From positions 1,824,001 through 1,888,000 of the forward strand of contig CBDFKD010000002.1 of assembly GCA_965248695.1 (NCBI GenBank): DNA of 64,000 nucleotides, written 5' to 3'. The notes beneath the pieces are model-generated. The model had not been told where the DNA came from, searched no databases, and saw nothing but the letters and a program-made list of their open reading frames with translations. Position 1 is the stretch's first letter. Every line of letters begins with the position of its first letter. The position numbers and the translations under genes were made by a program. Below are positions 53,616-63,948 of this stretch, piece by piece. Origin of the DNA: Acidobacteriota bacterium. GTDB taxonomy: Bacteria > Acidobacteriota > UBA890 > WLXD01.

Positions 53616-55469
53616 TCATCCATCGGCCCGCACAGCTCGGCTCAACTCGCCGAAGAGCTGCGTCTCGCGTTCCGTTCGGTCCTTGACGACGACCGTTTGC
53701 TCGCTCGCATAGGTCGCTGCGTCCTCGAAGATCAGCACGAATCGCGAGCCCTTGCCGACTTCCGACTCGACCTCGATGCGAGCTCCGTGCTGCTCCATGA
53801 TGCGATAGACCATCGCCAGGCCCAGCCCGGTGCCGGTCTCCAGAGAATCAGCGAGCTTCTCGGACACGAACGGACGAAAGATACGATCGACCCTGTCCGG
53901 AGGCATGCCGACACCATCATCGGCGAACACCACTTCGGCGCCGCCAGGGCGCCGTCGAATGAACACTTGCAGACTACCGCCATCCGGCATCGCCTGAATG
54001 GCGTTCCGAGCCAGGTTCCAGAACACCTGCTGCACACGCTCCGGATCGATCAAGGCGTGTACAGCATCGGCATCCGACCCGACGGTCAGCGAGTGACGAT
54101 CGCTCACCTCGGGCGAGTTCTCCAGCAAGTCCACCGTGTCGCGCGCCAGGGTCACGAGGTCAGTGTCCGCTGCCTCCAGTGTCTCGGGGCGTGCATAGTC
54201 GAGAAAGTTCTCGATGATCTTCGACAGGCGCTCTGACTCCTTGGTAACGATATCCATCAAGCGCCGAGCCCGCGGCGTATCCGTACCGACGTCGCCACTA
54301 CGGAGCATCTGCAGCGACCCCGAGATCGATGCCAGGGGATTGCGAATCTCGTGCGCCAGCGATCCGGCCATCTCGCCGAGCACCGCCATCCGCTCGCGCA
54401 TCCAGAACATCCGCTCCATGCGCTTGATGTCGGAAAGATCCTGGAACATGAAGATGTAGCCCCCTGCCATCGGACCTTCGGCCTCGATTGCCCACGGCCC
54501 GGTGGGGAAGTACGCGGAGGCGTCGGGCTCGCCTGCTTCCGGCTCCTCGCCGGCGGCACTCTCGGGCTCGACCACTCGCGTTATGCTCATTCCGACGGTG
54601 CGGTATTCGCCTGAGCGAACCTGAATCTGCCGCTCTGTCCGGTAGATCTGTTGCTCGTTCAGACGCTCATCCAGATCGCTCATGACATCGTGGCCAAGAC
54701 CCAGGACGTGACCTGCCGACAGGCCGACGAGCTCTCGTTCCGGCCGTTCGGTAATGCGTTCTGCGGCCCGGTTGCATGCAATGACCCGGCCCTCAGGGTC
54801 CGCGGCGATCAGGCCGCTACTCATCCCGGCCAGCAACTGATGGTTCAGTTGCTGCAACGCCTCGAGAGCGGAGCGCTCCTTACGCAGCGCGGCGCGAGCC
54901 CGCCGTAGCCGATCGGTGTACGAGCTCGCCAGGCCGACGATCATGCAGGCGGCGAACAGTAGCATCAGAATTCTGAGATACATCTCGGGCGGGGTAACCG
55001 GTGGCCCGGGCTGGCCGAGCCCGAGCTCGCGCGAGGGCATCCAGCCCACCGCCCTGAGGTGGATGAGCAGCCCGTAGCTGACTGCGGTCAGGCAGGCGAT
55101 CGCCAGCGCCGTCTGGCGACCCGTCATCACGCCGGCCCCGATGGCCAGCACCAGGTAGAGGAAAACCAGCGGTGAGCGCGCTCCGCCGGCTACATGTACC
55201 AGCAAGGTCACCAGGGCGACGTCGATCGTCAGCTGCAGCGTCAGCAGTCGGCGCGCCGGCATACCTGCACGCTGCGCCAGCACATACAGCAAGCAAACGC
55301 CGTAGATCACGGCGATCGTCGTGTGGATCGGGACGAGCGATTGCTGGGTGCCGACCAGGAACTGCGAGTACAGCGCCGGCAGCAACAACGCAGTTGCCGT
55401 GACGACGCGAAACAACAGCAGGCGCCGCAGGTTGATCTCGTGCTCGTGCCCGGCCGGATCGGCGGTCAT
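53616..55469 (-). CDS. pilS: PilS-like sensor histidine kinase
   Basis: Six N-terminal TMs, PAS, LAHEIRNPLASISGS, DDGVG, GTGLGL. Confidence 0.88.
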   Translation of the reverse strand: MTADPAGHEHEINLRRLLLFRVVTATALLLPALYSQFLVGTQQSLVPIHTTIAVIYGVCLLYVLAQRAGMPARRLLTLQLTIDVALVTLLVHVAGGARSPLVFLYLVLAIGAGVMTGRQTALAIACLTAVSYGLLIHLRAVGWMPSRELGLGQPGPPVTPPEMYLRILMLLFAACMIVGLASSYTDRLRRARAALRKERSALEALQQLNHQLLAGMSSGLIAADPEGRVIACNRAAERITERPERELVGLSAGHVLGLGHDVMSDLDERLNEQQIYRTERQIQVRSGEYRTVGMSITRVVEPESAAGEEPEAGEPDASAYFPTGPWAIEAEGPMAGGYIFMFQDLSDIKRMERMFWMRERMAVLGEMAGSLAHEIRNPLASISGSLQMLRSGDVGTDTPRARRLMDIVTKESERLSKIIENFLDYARPETLEAADTDLVTLARDTVDLLENSPEVSDRHSLTVGSDADAVHALIDPERVQQVFWNLARNAIQAMPDGGSLQVFIRRRPGGAEVVFADDGVGMPPDRVDRIFRPFVSEKLADSLETGTGLGLAMVYRIMEQHGARIEVESEVGKGSRFVLIFEDAATYASEQTVVVKDRTERETQLFGELSRAVRADG

Positions 55470-55554
55470 CAGGTCACACCCCCTACGCCCCCGACATCGA
55501 ATTCTAGCAGGTTCAGAACGACATCAGAGCGCCGAGCACCACAAGTCGGGGGAC

Positions 55555-55591
55555 AAAAGAAGGGGGCTGCGGCGTAACCGCAGCCCCCTTC
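55555..55591 (-). terminator. Intrinsic terminator downstream of pilC
   Basis: Perfect 14-bp stem GAAGGGGGCTGCGG / CCGCAGCCCCCTTC followed by TTTT. Confidence 0.88.
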
Positions 55592-55821
55592 GCGTAGCTT
55601 TCGCCCCGCTACGATGACGCTGTTTCAGAAGGACTACCTGTTGTGTGGGCTCGGCCACCCGGGCTCGAGTCCGGTTGCCGATTCAATCGCTTCGAGCGGC
55701 TCCGATGGCTGGCCGTGAGCGTCCCCCTCTCACGACCAGCCCCGGAATGCTGCCTCCCTTACTGCTGCCGCTGCCCGTGCCTGTGGCAACGCGTGCGGCC
55801 GCCAGGCACATCAACCACTCC

Positions 55822-57037
55822 TCAGATCTTGTTGACCAGATCGAACATCGGTAGGTACATCGAGACGACGATGCCGCCGATGACAACACCGAGGAATACG
55901 ATCATCACCGGCTCGAGTAGCGCCGTGAGGCTCTCGACTGCGATATCGACCTGCTCCTCGTAGAAATCGGCAATCTTGCTCAGCATCGTGTCGAGAGCAC
56001 CGGTTTCCTCACCGACAGCGATCATCTGCGTGACCATGGACGGGAACGCATTCGAGCTCGCCAGCGGCTTGGCAAGCGACTTGCCGGCCTCGATGCTCTT
56101 GCGCGTCAGCATGATGGCGTCTTTGACGACACGATTACCCGCCGTCTCGGCGGTGATGTTCAACGCCTCGAGGATCGGCACGCCAGAAGAAACCAGGGTG
56201 CCGAACGTGCGGCAGAAACGTGCCACGGCAATCTTGCGAAACAGCAGGCCGAACACCGGGAGCTTGAGCAGGATCGAGTCGATCACACGCTCGCCGTTGT
56301 CGGTCCGGTAGTACTTCTTGCCGGCGAACACGCCGACGAAGATGCTGACGATGAGCAGCGGCATATAGGCGGCGACGAAATTTGACGCCATGACGACGAT
56401 ACGGGTCGGCAGCGGCAACTGCGCGCCCAAGCCAGCGAACAGGGTGGCGAACGTCGGGATCACCTTCCACAGGATGATCAGGACGACAGTGCAGGCCACT
56501 GAGATGATGACGGCCGGATAGATCGAAGCCGACTTCACCGCGCTCTTGAGCTTCACGTTCTTCTCGATATATGTCGCCAGGCGCTGCAGGATGATGTCAA
56601 GGATGCCGCCAGATTCGCCGGCAGCGATCATGTTGCAGTACAGGGGCGGGAAGACCTTCTCGTGCTGAGCCATGGCCTGCGCCAGGTTGGCACCCCCCTC
56701 CATCTCGCCCCGCACCTGCGCGAGTATCTGGCCGAACGCCTTGTTATCAGACTGCTTGGAAAGGAATGTCCAGGCACTGCACCAGCGGCAAGCCAGCGTC
56801 GATCATCACCGAGAACTGTCGTGTGAAAACCGACACTTCCTCTTGCGTGACCTTGGTTCGGTTGCCCAATCCGAACGGCAACTTGAACGTGCGTTTTTGC
56901 CCGACCGGTGCGACTGTCGTCACCCGAATTCGCTGTCGGCGTAGGAGCCGCGCAACGTCATCCGCAGAGGTAGCCGCCACGGTACCGCTCATGGCCTTGC
57001 CGTCCCTTCCCACACCCTTGTACTCGCACTGAGCCAC
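55822..57037 (-). pseudogene. pilC: Type IV pilus platform protein PilC with a +1 frameshift near 56765 (possibly a sequencing error)
   Basis: FTRQFSVMIDAGLPLVQCLDI in 56747..57037 continues as LSKQSDNKAF...GESGGILD...GEETGALD...MYLPMF if one base is removed from GACATTCCTT. Confidence 0.85.
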
Positions 57038-57039
57038 GA

Positions 57040-58320
57040 TTACCTCCTACGACCGATGCGTCGCACGCGCGACTTCGACGGTGCTTTGCCCGGATCAACG
57101 CCGGCCCGCTCCGCGACCTCACGATCCAGACGCGTGCGTCCCTTCGACGCATCATCGATGCGTTCGAGCATGGCGCTGAGTTCTTTTTCGTCCCCACAAG
57201 CTCCGAGCGCAGCCTCGGGGCTGATCTTCTTTTCCATGACCAGGCGCGTCAGATCCTGGGCGAACGTCTTCATACCGTGCTCCGCCTGGCCGGACTGCAT
57301 CGACGAATAGACCTGATGGATCTTCGATTCCCGGATGAGGTTCCGGATCGCCGGGTTGGGGATCAGGATCTCTTGAACCAGCACGCGACCCTTGCCCGAC
57401 GCGTGCTTCAGCAGCGTTTGCGAGATCGCCGCCACCATCGTGAATGACAGCTGCGTGCGAATCTGCGCCTGCTGACCGGTCGGGAAAATGTCGATGATGC
57501 GGTTGATCGTCTGCACAGCCGAGTTGGTGTGCAGCGTCGCGAAGGTCAGGTGGCCGGTCTCAGCGAGCTTCAGCGCCAGCTCGGTCGACTCCAGATCACG
57601 CATCTCACCGATGAGCACGCAATCCGGATCCTCACGCAGTGCCGAGCGCATCGCGGCGCTGAACGAATGCGTGTCGGCACCGAGCTCTCGCTGGTTGACG
57701 ATCGATCGCTGGTGTTCGTGCAGGTACTCGATCGGGTCCTCGATCGTAATGATGTGATGTGCCTTCTGGCGGTTGATCAGATCGATCATCGCCGCGAGCG
57801 TGGTGCTCTTACCCGAGCCAGTCGGCCCGGTCACCAACACCAGTCCGCGCGGCTTCTCGCAAATGTCGGCGAGGACCGTAGGCAGACCGAGCTCTTTGAA
57901 GGAGGGGATGCGCCACGGAATCAGACGCAGCGCACCGGCGATCTGGCCACGCTGGACGAAGACGTTGGCACGGAAACGGGCCATGTCCTTGAGACCGAAC
58001 GAGAAATCGACCTCGAGGTTCTCTTCCAGCTTCGACTTCTGGTCTTCGGTCATGACCGAATAGAGGAGCTCCTGCGTCTCGTGTTGCTCGAGCGGCGCGT
58101 ACGGCATCGACTGGAGGGTTCCGTCGACGCGAGCCTGTGGCGGCACCCCCGGCGTGACGTGGAGGTCGGACGCGTCCAACTCCATGACCTGGCGTAGAAG
58201 CTCAGCTAGGTCTGCAGCTCGTTCAGTGCTGGGCGGAGTCTCGCTCGAGACGGGCGCCAACGGCGGCGTACCGCCCGGCGGCACTGAGCCGTCTGCATAC
58301 GAGGAGTCGGGGTGAGTCAT
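57040..58320 (-). CDS. pilT: Pilus retraction ATPase
   Basis: ASDLH, GPTGSGKST, TIEDPIE, ALREDPD, AETGHL, AIRNLIRE. Confidence 0.95.
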   Translation of the reverse strand: MTHPDSSYADGSVPPGGTPPLAPVSSETPPSTERAADLAELLRQVMELDASDLHVTPGVPPQARVDGTLQSMPYAPLEQHETQELLYSVMTEDQKSKLEENLEVDFSFGLKDMARFRANVFVQRGQIAGALRLIPWRIPSFKELGLPTVLADICEKPRGLVLVTGPTGSGKSTTLAAMIDLINRQKAHHIITIEDPIEYLHEHQRSIVNQRELGADTHSFSAAMRSALREDPDCVLIGEMRDLESTELALKLAETGHLTFATLHTNSAVQTINRIIDIFPTGQQAQIRTQLSFTMVAAISQTLLKHASGKGRVLVQEILIPNPAIRNLIRESKIHQVYSSMQSGQAEHGMKTFAQDLTRLVMEKKISPEAALGACGDEKELSAMLERIDDASKGRTRLDREVAERAGVDPGKAPSKSRVRRIGRRR

Positions 58321-58572
58321 CGAACGCCTTTGAGGATACGTGAGACATCTTCAAGATCTCTATGGAAATTTATTGCATTACTAAGGATGTTGTAAATCCT
58401 GTTTCAGCAATTAAATTAGTTAATAGTCAGTATTAGTTACTGATAGTCACGTTAAAGAACACGTCGACTAGCGTAGGCACGCAAAGAACGCCTCGGCTGG
58501 GGCGCGCCGACGCCTTTCGGCTACGCTCGAATCGTTGAGACGGTCGCCGGCTGACGCGCGACCGCGGCCCTT

Positions 58573-59586
58573 CTAGCCGGCCTGTGCGGCCGCGGCCCCC
58601 TGACCTACGAAACGGTCGATGTACCACGCAACGGTGCGCTCGAGACCCTCGCCGAACGCGACCCGCGGCAGATAGCCGATGGTCTCGTGGGCACGCTCGA
58701 TCGCGGCTTGCGAATCGCGTACATCGCCGACACGCGCCGGTGCGAACTCTGGTTCCAACGAGGTGCCGAGGATGGCATTCAGAGCGTCGACCAGCTCGAG
58801 GAGCGTGTAGCGTTCGCCGACCCCGATGTTGACGATGGCGTCACGGGCGTTGCCGGCGGGCGCATCTCCACCGTCAGGGTCGATACCAGCCGCCAGGAGA
58901 TTTGCCCGTACCGCATTCTCGACGAAGGTAAAATCGCGCGACTGCGTGCCGTCGCCGTAGAGAATCGGCGGCAGGCCGTCGAGCATCCTCAAGATGAACT
59001 TGGGAACCACGGCAGCGTACTCCGAGGCTGGATCCTGACGTGGTCCGAAGATGTTGAAGTACCGCAGTGCTACCGTCCGCAGTCCGTATTGCTGTGCCCA
59101 GATCGCCAGGAGGCGCTCACCGACGTGCTTGCTCAAGGCGTAAGGCGACAACGGCTCCAGCGGCATGTCCTCGTGCTTTGGCAAGGTGGCCGAGTCGCCG
59201 TAGACAGACGAGGAACTGGCCATTACGACGCGGCCAACGGCGTTCTCGCGGCACGCTTCGAGCAGCGTGCCGGTGCCTTCTACGTTGACGCGAAGTGTAG
59301 AAGCCGGGTCATGGAACGACCGTGGCACCGACGCGATCGCTGCTTGATGGAACATCGCCTCGGCGCCCGCAAGAGCTGCATTGACGGCAGTCTCGTCGAG
59401 GATATCGGCCCTAAGGAAGGTCAGCTCGCCAGCACCGTCCCCGGCCGAGGCACGGGCATCGTCGAGGTTGTCGCGAGTCCCCGAAGACAGATTGTCGATG
59501 ACGACCACGTCATGGCCGCGTCGGAGCAGCGCCTCGGTTAGGTGCGATCCGATGAAACCGGCGCCACCAGTCACGACGTACTTCAC
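58573..59586 (-). CDS. NAD-dependent nucleotide-sugar epimerase/dehydratase (extended SDR)
   Basis: VTGGAGFIGSH, ASSSSVYG, PYALSK (YxxxK), LRYFNIFGPRQ, SRDFTFV. Confidence 0.92.
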   Translation of the reverse strand: MKYVVTGGAGFIGSHLTEALLRRGHDVVVIDNLSSGTRDNLDDARASAGDGAGELTFLRADILDETAVNAALAGAEAMFHQAAIASVPRSFHDPASTLRVNVEGTGTLLEACRENAVGRVVMASSSSVYGDSATLPKHEDMPLEPLSPYALSKHVGERLLAIWAQQYGLRTVALRYFNIFGPRQDPASEYAAVVPKFILRMLDGLPPILYGDGTQSRDFTFVENAVRANLLAAGIDPDGGDAPAGNARDAIVNIGVGERYTLLELVDALNAILGTSLEPEFAPARVGDVRDSQAAIERAHETIGYLPRVAFGEGLERTVAWYIDRFVGQGAAAAQAG

Positions 59587-61373
59587 AGTGTCGTCTCCCT
59601 CAGGACTTCTTCGATCGACGTGACACCCTGCCAGATCTTTACCAACCCACTCTCGCGCAACGTGATCATCCCGGCGCTTCTCGCCTCGGCGCGGAGCTCC
59701 TCATTGTTCGCCCCGTTGACAATCATCTCACGCAGCCGAGCACTGATCCGCATGACCTCGAACAGAGCAATACGACCCTTGTAGCCGGTGCCGTTGCAGA
59801 CGTCGCAGCCCACCGGATGATAAACGGTGACGGTCATCGCTTCTTCGGGCGAGAGACCGATCTCCACCAGCGCCTCTGGATCCGGAGTCGACACCTCCCG
59901 GCACTTTTTGCGCAGCCGACGGGCCAGCCGCTGCGCCACGATCAGCTGTATGGACGACGACACCAGGAAGCGCTCCACTCCCATGTCAATCATGCGATTG
60001 ATCGTCGAAGGAGCGTCGTTGGTGTGCAGTGTCGAAAGCACGAGATGTCCGGTCAACGCCGCCTTGATGGCGATGTTCGCTGTTTCGGCGTCGCGAATCT
60101 CACCAACGAGGATGGTGTTGGGGTCCTGACGCAGGAACGCTTTCAGAGCCGTGGCGAAATTGAGCCCCACGTTGCTATTGATCTGTACCTGGTTGATCCC
60201 CTCGAGGTTGAACTCGACCGGATCTTCCGCCGTCATGATATTCGTGTCGTTGTTGTTGATGGTGGAGAGTGCGGAGTACAGCGTGTTGGTCTTTCCCGAA
60301 CCGGTCGGCCCGGTAACGAGCACGATGCCGAACGGCAGTCGTACCGCTTGCTCGAAGCGCTCCAGCGATGGCTTCTCGAATCCGAGATCGGCCAGGTTGA
60401 GCTTGAGTCCTTCCGGGTCGAGCAGGCGCATGACGATCTTCTCGCCCCAGATCGTCGGCAGAGTCGACACACGCAGGTCGAGCTCCCGCATGCGATCGTC
60501 AAGCTTGACGCGAATCTTGATGCGCCCGTCCTGTGGTCGTCGTCGCTCCGAGATATCGAGCTCGGACATGATCTTGATGCGCGAGGAGATCGCCTGTTGC
60601 AGGTGCTTGGGAGGTTCCATGACTTCATACAACAAGCCATCGATCCGGTAACGGACGCGTAGCCGTTTCTCGTAGGGCTCGATATGGATATCGGATGCGG
60701 AGCGACGCAGCGCATCCGTGAGCAGCAGGTTGACAAGCTTGATGACCGGCGCGTCGCCGCTCGCCTTGGAGAGCGTCTCGAGGTCGATATCGTCGTCTTC
60801 CTCGACAATCTCGAGGTCACCCGGACTACGGATCTCCGCCTCGATATCGGTCATCATCTTTCGCATCTTGGCGTCGGCGTGGTCACCGTAGAGCGTGTTG
60901 ATGGCATCGCTTACAGCGCGATCGGCAGCGACCATCGGCTGTACCCTCAGCCCGGTCGCGAACTCGATGTCGTCGATCGCCACGACATCCGTCGGATCGA
61001 CCATCGCCAGGCTGAGGCTCTGCGAGTCAGCCGCTACGGGGACCGCGAGGTAGCGCTTCGCCATGTCCTGCGGAACGAGGCTCAAGACGGACTCCGGCAC
61101 GTCCAGATGATCCAGGTCGGCGGCCGGGACGCCGAACTGACGTGACAGCAGGTCGACGAGGTCTTCCTCGCTCAGCAGCTCGAGAACGACGAGCAGGTTG
61201 CCGAGACGCTCGCCGGTCTCTGCCTGCATCTGCAGAGCGCGATCGACATCGGCCTCGGAGACCAATCCCGATTCGACGACGATGCGGCCCAGTCGGCTGG
61301 TCGCATTTGGGCCCTTGCGACCAGCGCTTCTCGGTCGGGCCTTCTTCGACGCTTGCTGCTTGTCCGCTGCCAA
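59583..61373 (-). CDS. pilB: Pilus assembly ATPase
   Basis: MshEN-like RLG repeats, ASDIHIEP, PQDGR, GPTGSGKT, LRQDP, TGHLVLSTLH, Cys pair CDVC. Start placed at TTG 61373 (GGAG RBS). Confidence 0.93.
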   Translation of the reverse strand: MAADKQQASKKARPRSAGRKGPNATSRLGRIVVESGLVSEADVDRALQMQAETGERLGNLLVVLELLSEEDLVDLLSRQFGVPAADLDHLDVPESVLSLVPQDMAKRYLAVPVAADSQSLSLAMVDPTDVVAIDDIEFATGLRVQPMVAADRAVSDAINTLYGDHADAKMRKMMTDIEAEIRSPGDLEIVEEDDDIDLETLSKASGDAPVIKLVNLLLTDALRRSASDIHIEPYEKRLRVRYRIDGLLYEVMEPPKHLQQAISSRIKIMSELDISERRRPQDGRIKIRVKLDDRMRELDLRVSTLPTIWGEKIVMRLLDPEGLKLNLADLGFEKPSLERFEQAVRLPFGIVLVTGPTGSGKTNTLYSALSTINNNDTNIMTAEDPVEFNLEGINQVQINSNVGLNFATALKAFLRQDPNTILVGEIRDAETANIAIKAALTGHLVLSTLHTNDAPSTINRMIDMGVERFLVSSSIQLIVAQRLARRLRKKCREVSTPDPEALVEIGLSPEEAMTVTVYHPVGCDVCNGTGYKGRIALFEVMRISARLREMIVNGANNEELRAEARSAGMITLRESGLVKIWQGVTSIEEVLRETTL

Positions 61374-61652
61374 GGTCTCAACTCCGCACGGGCGACGCGA
61401 GGAACGCCACCTGCCTCCATGGAGACGGCCGGGAAGCGATCCTATGTTGCTCTCGACTTGATCAATAAACGTCATATAAAGATGTCATACGTTTGGATTA
61501 CAACGCAAAACATAAATAAACATGTTTGAAGTTAATAATCATGAATACAGGACCTTCTTGACCGTTAACTAGCACCCCGAGTTGCGCAGCAGGAACTTCG
61601 CAGGTCTCGACCGCCGCTCCGACGCCGCGTCGGCCGCTGACGCGAAGCGGTC

Positions 61653-62435
61653 CTATCGTCGCGGCGTCAACCCCTGGCCGGGTGCTGTCGGGCCGCGCCC
61701 ACCGGGGAATGCTGCACCAGGGGCGGTCGTAGCGCCGGTCGCCGCCGCCTGCCCGCCGAGAAACACCCACTGGCCATAGTTGGTCTTGTCGCCATACACG
61801 CGTAGCGACTCCTCGGTCGAGGACGAGACGACGCCAACGATGGCGTTGTCGCCAACCCCACGAGAGCCCGCCGGCCGTAGGCTCGACCGCCCGGGAAGCC
61901 GGGCCGCGGCAGAGCCCGCAGCCCCAGAGCCAGCCGTCACGGCCGGTCGCTGCTGCCCGAGCGTCAGACTGCCCGACCCGAATCCGCCCGCGCCGCCGGG
62001 AGGGGTGCCCGATCGACCCGCGGCGGAGCTCAGGCTGGCCGCCCCGACAGCGCTGCCGCCGGCGGCCGTCAGGCTGTCGCCGCCTACCTCGACACCGAGC
62101 AGCGCCGCAACCGTGCCGTCGGCAACATCCTGTTGACGAAGAACGCGCCATTCGCCGTCGCTTGCCATCGGGTCGCGAAATACCCTGCGCAAGCAGTTCG
62201 CGTCGACCAGTTGCTCGAGTCGGGCAAGAGGCTCCCCACCATTGGCCTGTTCGTAGCACCCGATGGCATTGGCGATCTGCTGTCCGCGCCAGAGAAGCTC
62301 CGCTTCGCGCGCCCGGCGCCCGAGCGTCCGCGTCGACATCACCGCAACAGCGAGGGCGACGTTGATCACGGCCACCACTACCATCAAGCCCACAAGCGTG
62401 TAGCCGGACTCGCGGTCCCGATCAGGTCGTTGCAT
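61653..62435 (-). CDS. Type II secretion / pilin-like protein with a Gly/Ala/Ser-rich insert
   Basis: SG|YTLVGLMVVV, REAELLWRG, LRRVFRDPM, YGQWVF. Confidence 0.75.
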   Translation of the reverse strand: MQRPDRDRESGYTLVGLMVVVAVINVALAVAVMSTRTLGRRAREAELLWRGQQIANAIGCYEQANGGEPLARLEQLVDANCLRRVFRDPMASDGEWRVLRQQDVADGTVAALLGVEVGGDSLTAAGGSAVGAASLSSAAGRSGTPPGGAGGFGSGSLTLGQQRPAVTAGSGAAGSAAARLPGRSSLRPAGSRGVGDNAIVGVVSSSTEESLRVYGDKTNYGQWVFLGGQAAATGATTAPGAAFPGGRGPTAPGQGLTPRR

Positions 62436-62438
62436 CGA

Positions 62439-62864
62439 CTACCACTCCGCGTACGGAACGCCGTTGAGACCATCGCCATCAGCGCCGGAGTACACGTTCC
62501 AGATTCCGGCCGGCTGACCCTGATCAATCATCATCCAGGGCGCCACCTCCGTCTCCCAGCTATCGTCGGTACCGGTCAACGGATCCACCGGCATGCTTCG
62601 CAAATAACCATCGCGGACGAGGTCGTCCAGCGCTTCGGGATATGCGCCCTTGTCGGTCAGGTACTGCTCGAGGCTCTCCCGCAAGCGTTGAAGATCCTCC
62701 TTGAGGACCGCTTCGCGCGCCCGAAGCGCCGCGTCCTGATACGCCGGAAGCGCATAGACCACCAGAATGCCGAGCACCGCCATCACCACGATGAGCTCGA
62801 GCAACGAAAATCCGGATGCGTCGCGCTGACGCCATCTTCCGAGGATCTGGCGTACCTCATTCAT
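62439..62864 (-). CDS. GspG-like pseudopilin
   Basis: SG|FSLLELIVVM, AREAVLKEDL, YPEALDDLV, PVDPLT, ends PYAEW. Confidence 0.85.
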   Translation of the reverse strand: MNEVRQILGRWRQRDASGFSLLELIVVMAVLGILVVYALPAYQDAALRAREAVLKEDLQRLRESLEQYLTDKGAYPEALDDLVRDGYLRSMPVDPLTGTDDSWETEVAPWMMIDQGQPAGIWNVYSGADGDGLNGVPYAEW

Positions 62865-63915
62865 CGGCAGCTTCCTCGCCAGACCACCTGAGCACCGCGG
62901 TCCGGAGGCCCTCCTCGCGCGCCGCAATGCGATCGTAGATCTCGGCGATGCGGTGCCACGGGACCACGGTGGAAACCAACTCGCGCGCCGGCAAGTTACC
63001 GTCGACTATGAGCTCCAGAAGATAAGCGGCGTTGCGTCGGATAGTGAAACGAATGTCGCGCGCGTCGATCTCAACGTCGGGGGTGTAGCCACATGAGATC
63101 AAGCTCAACTGCTTACGATAGAACCACTGCGGATCCAGCGGATTGAACGGCGGCTTCGGCTGGCGACGCCCCGGGAAACCCAGCAAGCAGATCCGGCCGC
63201 CTGGCCGCACCAGCTCGACCGCGAGCCGCAGGTCATCCCAGTTGCTGCTGGTGAGCACCACCATGTCGATCCCGGTCTTGGCGGTGCTAGCCGCAATGCG
63301 TTGCCGCATTTCGTCGGTGTGGGTCTTGTCGAACAGGATCCGCGCACCGAGGCGAAGAGCAATTTCCGCCGATGGCAGATCGCTGAACGCAAATACACGG
63401 GCACCAAATCGGCTCGCGACGGCAACCGTGGCAAGCCCGAGGGTTCCCAGCCCGACGACGCCGACGTACTGACCGGGCTTCAGGTCGCCGCGGAGCAGGG
63501 CGCTGTATCCCTGATGGAACAGGTAGGTCGTTGCCGCCTCGACGAGCTGTTGTTCACCGTATTCTCGATGCGGCAGCCGCAACAGGATCTCGTCGTCGGC
63601 ACAGACGAAATGGCTGCGGTGTGATTCGAGCGTGAGGATCAGATCGCCGACCCGAAAGCGGTTCACCCAATCACCGACGGCGATGACTCGCGCCAGGTTG
63701 CAGTAGCCGACAACCTTGCTGAACTTGCGCTCGGGTCGCAACGGCTGCAGCCCCTCATAGGCGGCGACCTCGGTGCCGGGCGAGATCGCTGTGTAGAGCG
63801 TCTCGGCGGCCACCTCACGCTGACCGATGCCCTCGAGGATCAGGGTCTCGCTCTCGATCCGGACCTCGCGCGGTCCGACGATCTGCACCACGTTGGCCTC
63901 TACCGTCGGACGCAT
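62857..63915 (-). CDS. MDR-family (zinc-type alcohol dehydrogenase-like) oxidoreductase
   Basis: AISPGTE, VGYCNLARV, FRVGD, GLGTLG Rossmann motif. Confidence 0.82.
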   Translation of the reverse strand: MRPTVEANVVQIVGPREVRIESETLILEGIGQREVAAETLYTAISPGTEVAAYEGLQPLRPERKFSKVVGYCNLARVIAVGDWVNRFRVGDLILTLESHRSHFVCADDEILLRLPHREYGEQQLVEAATTYLFHQGYSALLRGDLKPGQYVGVVGLGTLGLATVAVASRFGARVFAFSDLPSAEIALRLGARILFDKTHTDEMRQRIAASTAKTGIDMVVLTSSNWDDLRLAVELVRPGGRICLLGFPGRRQPKPPFNPLDPQWFYRKQLSLISCGYTPDVEIDARDIRFTIRRNAAYLLELIVDGNLPARELVSTVVPWHRIAEIYDRIAAREEGLRTAVLRWSGEEAADE

Positions 63916-63948
63916 CGTCGTCCGCTGTAGGCAGGGGCAGGCGCGGCG

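Noticed and set aside
55745-55780. SRP RNA (AAGGGAGGCAGCA resembles the SRP helix-8 motif)
   Set aside because: The CAGG...GNRA symmetric-loop partner and the long enclosing helix are absent.
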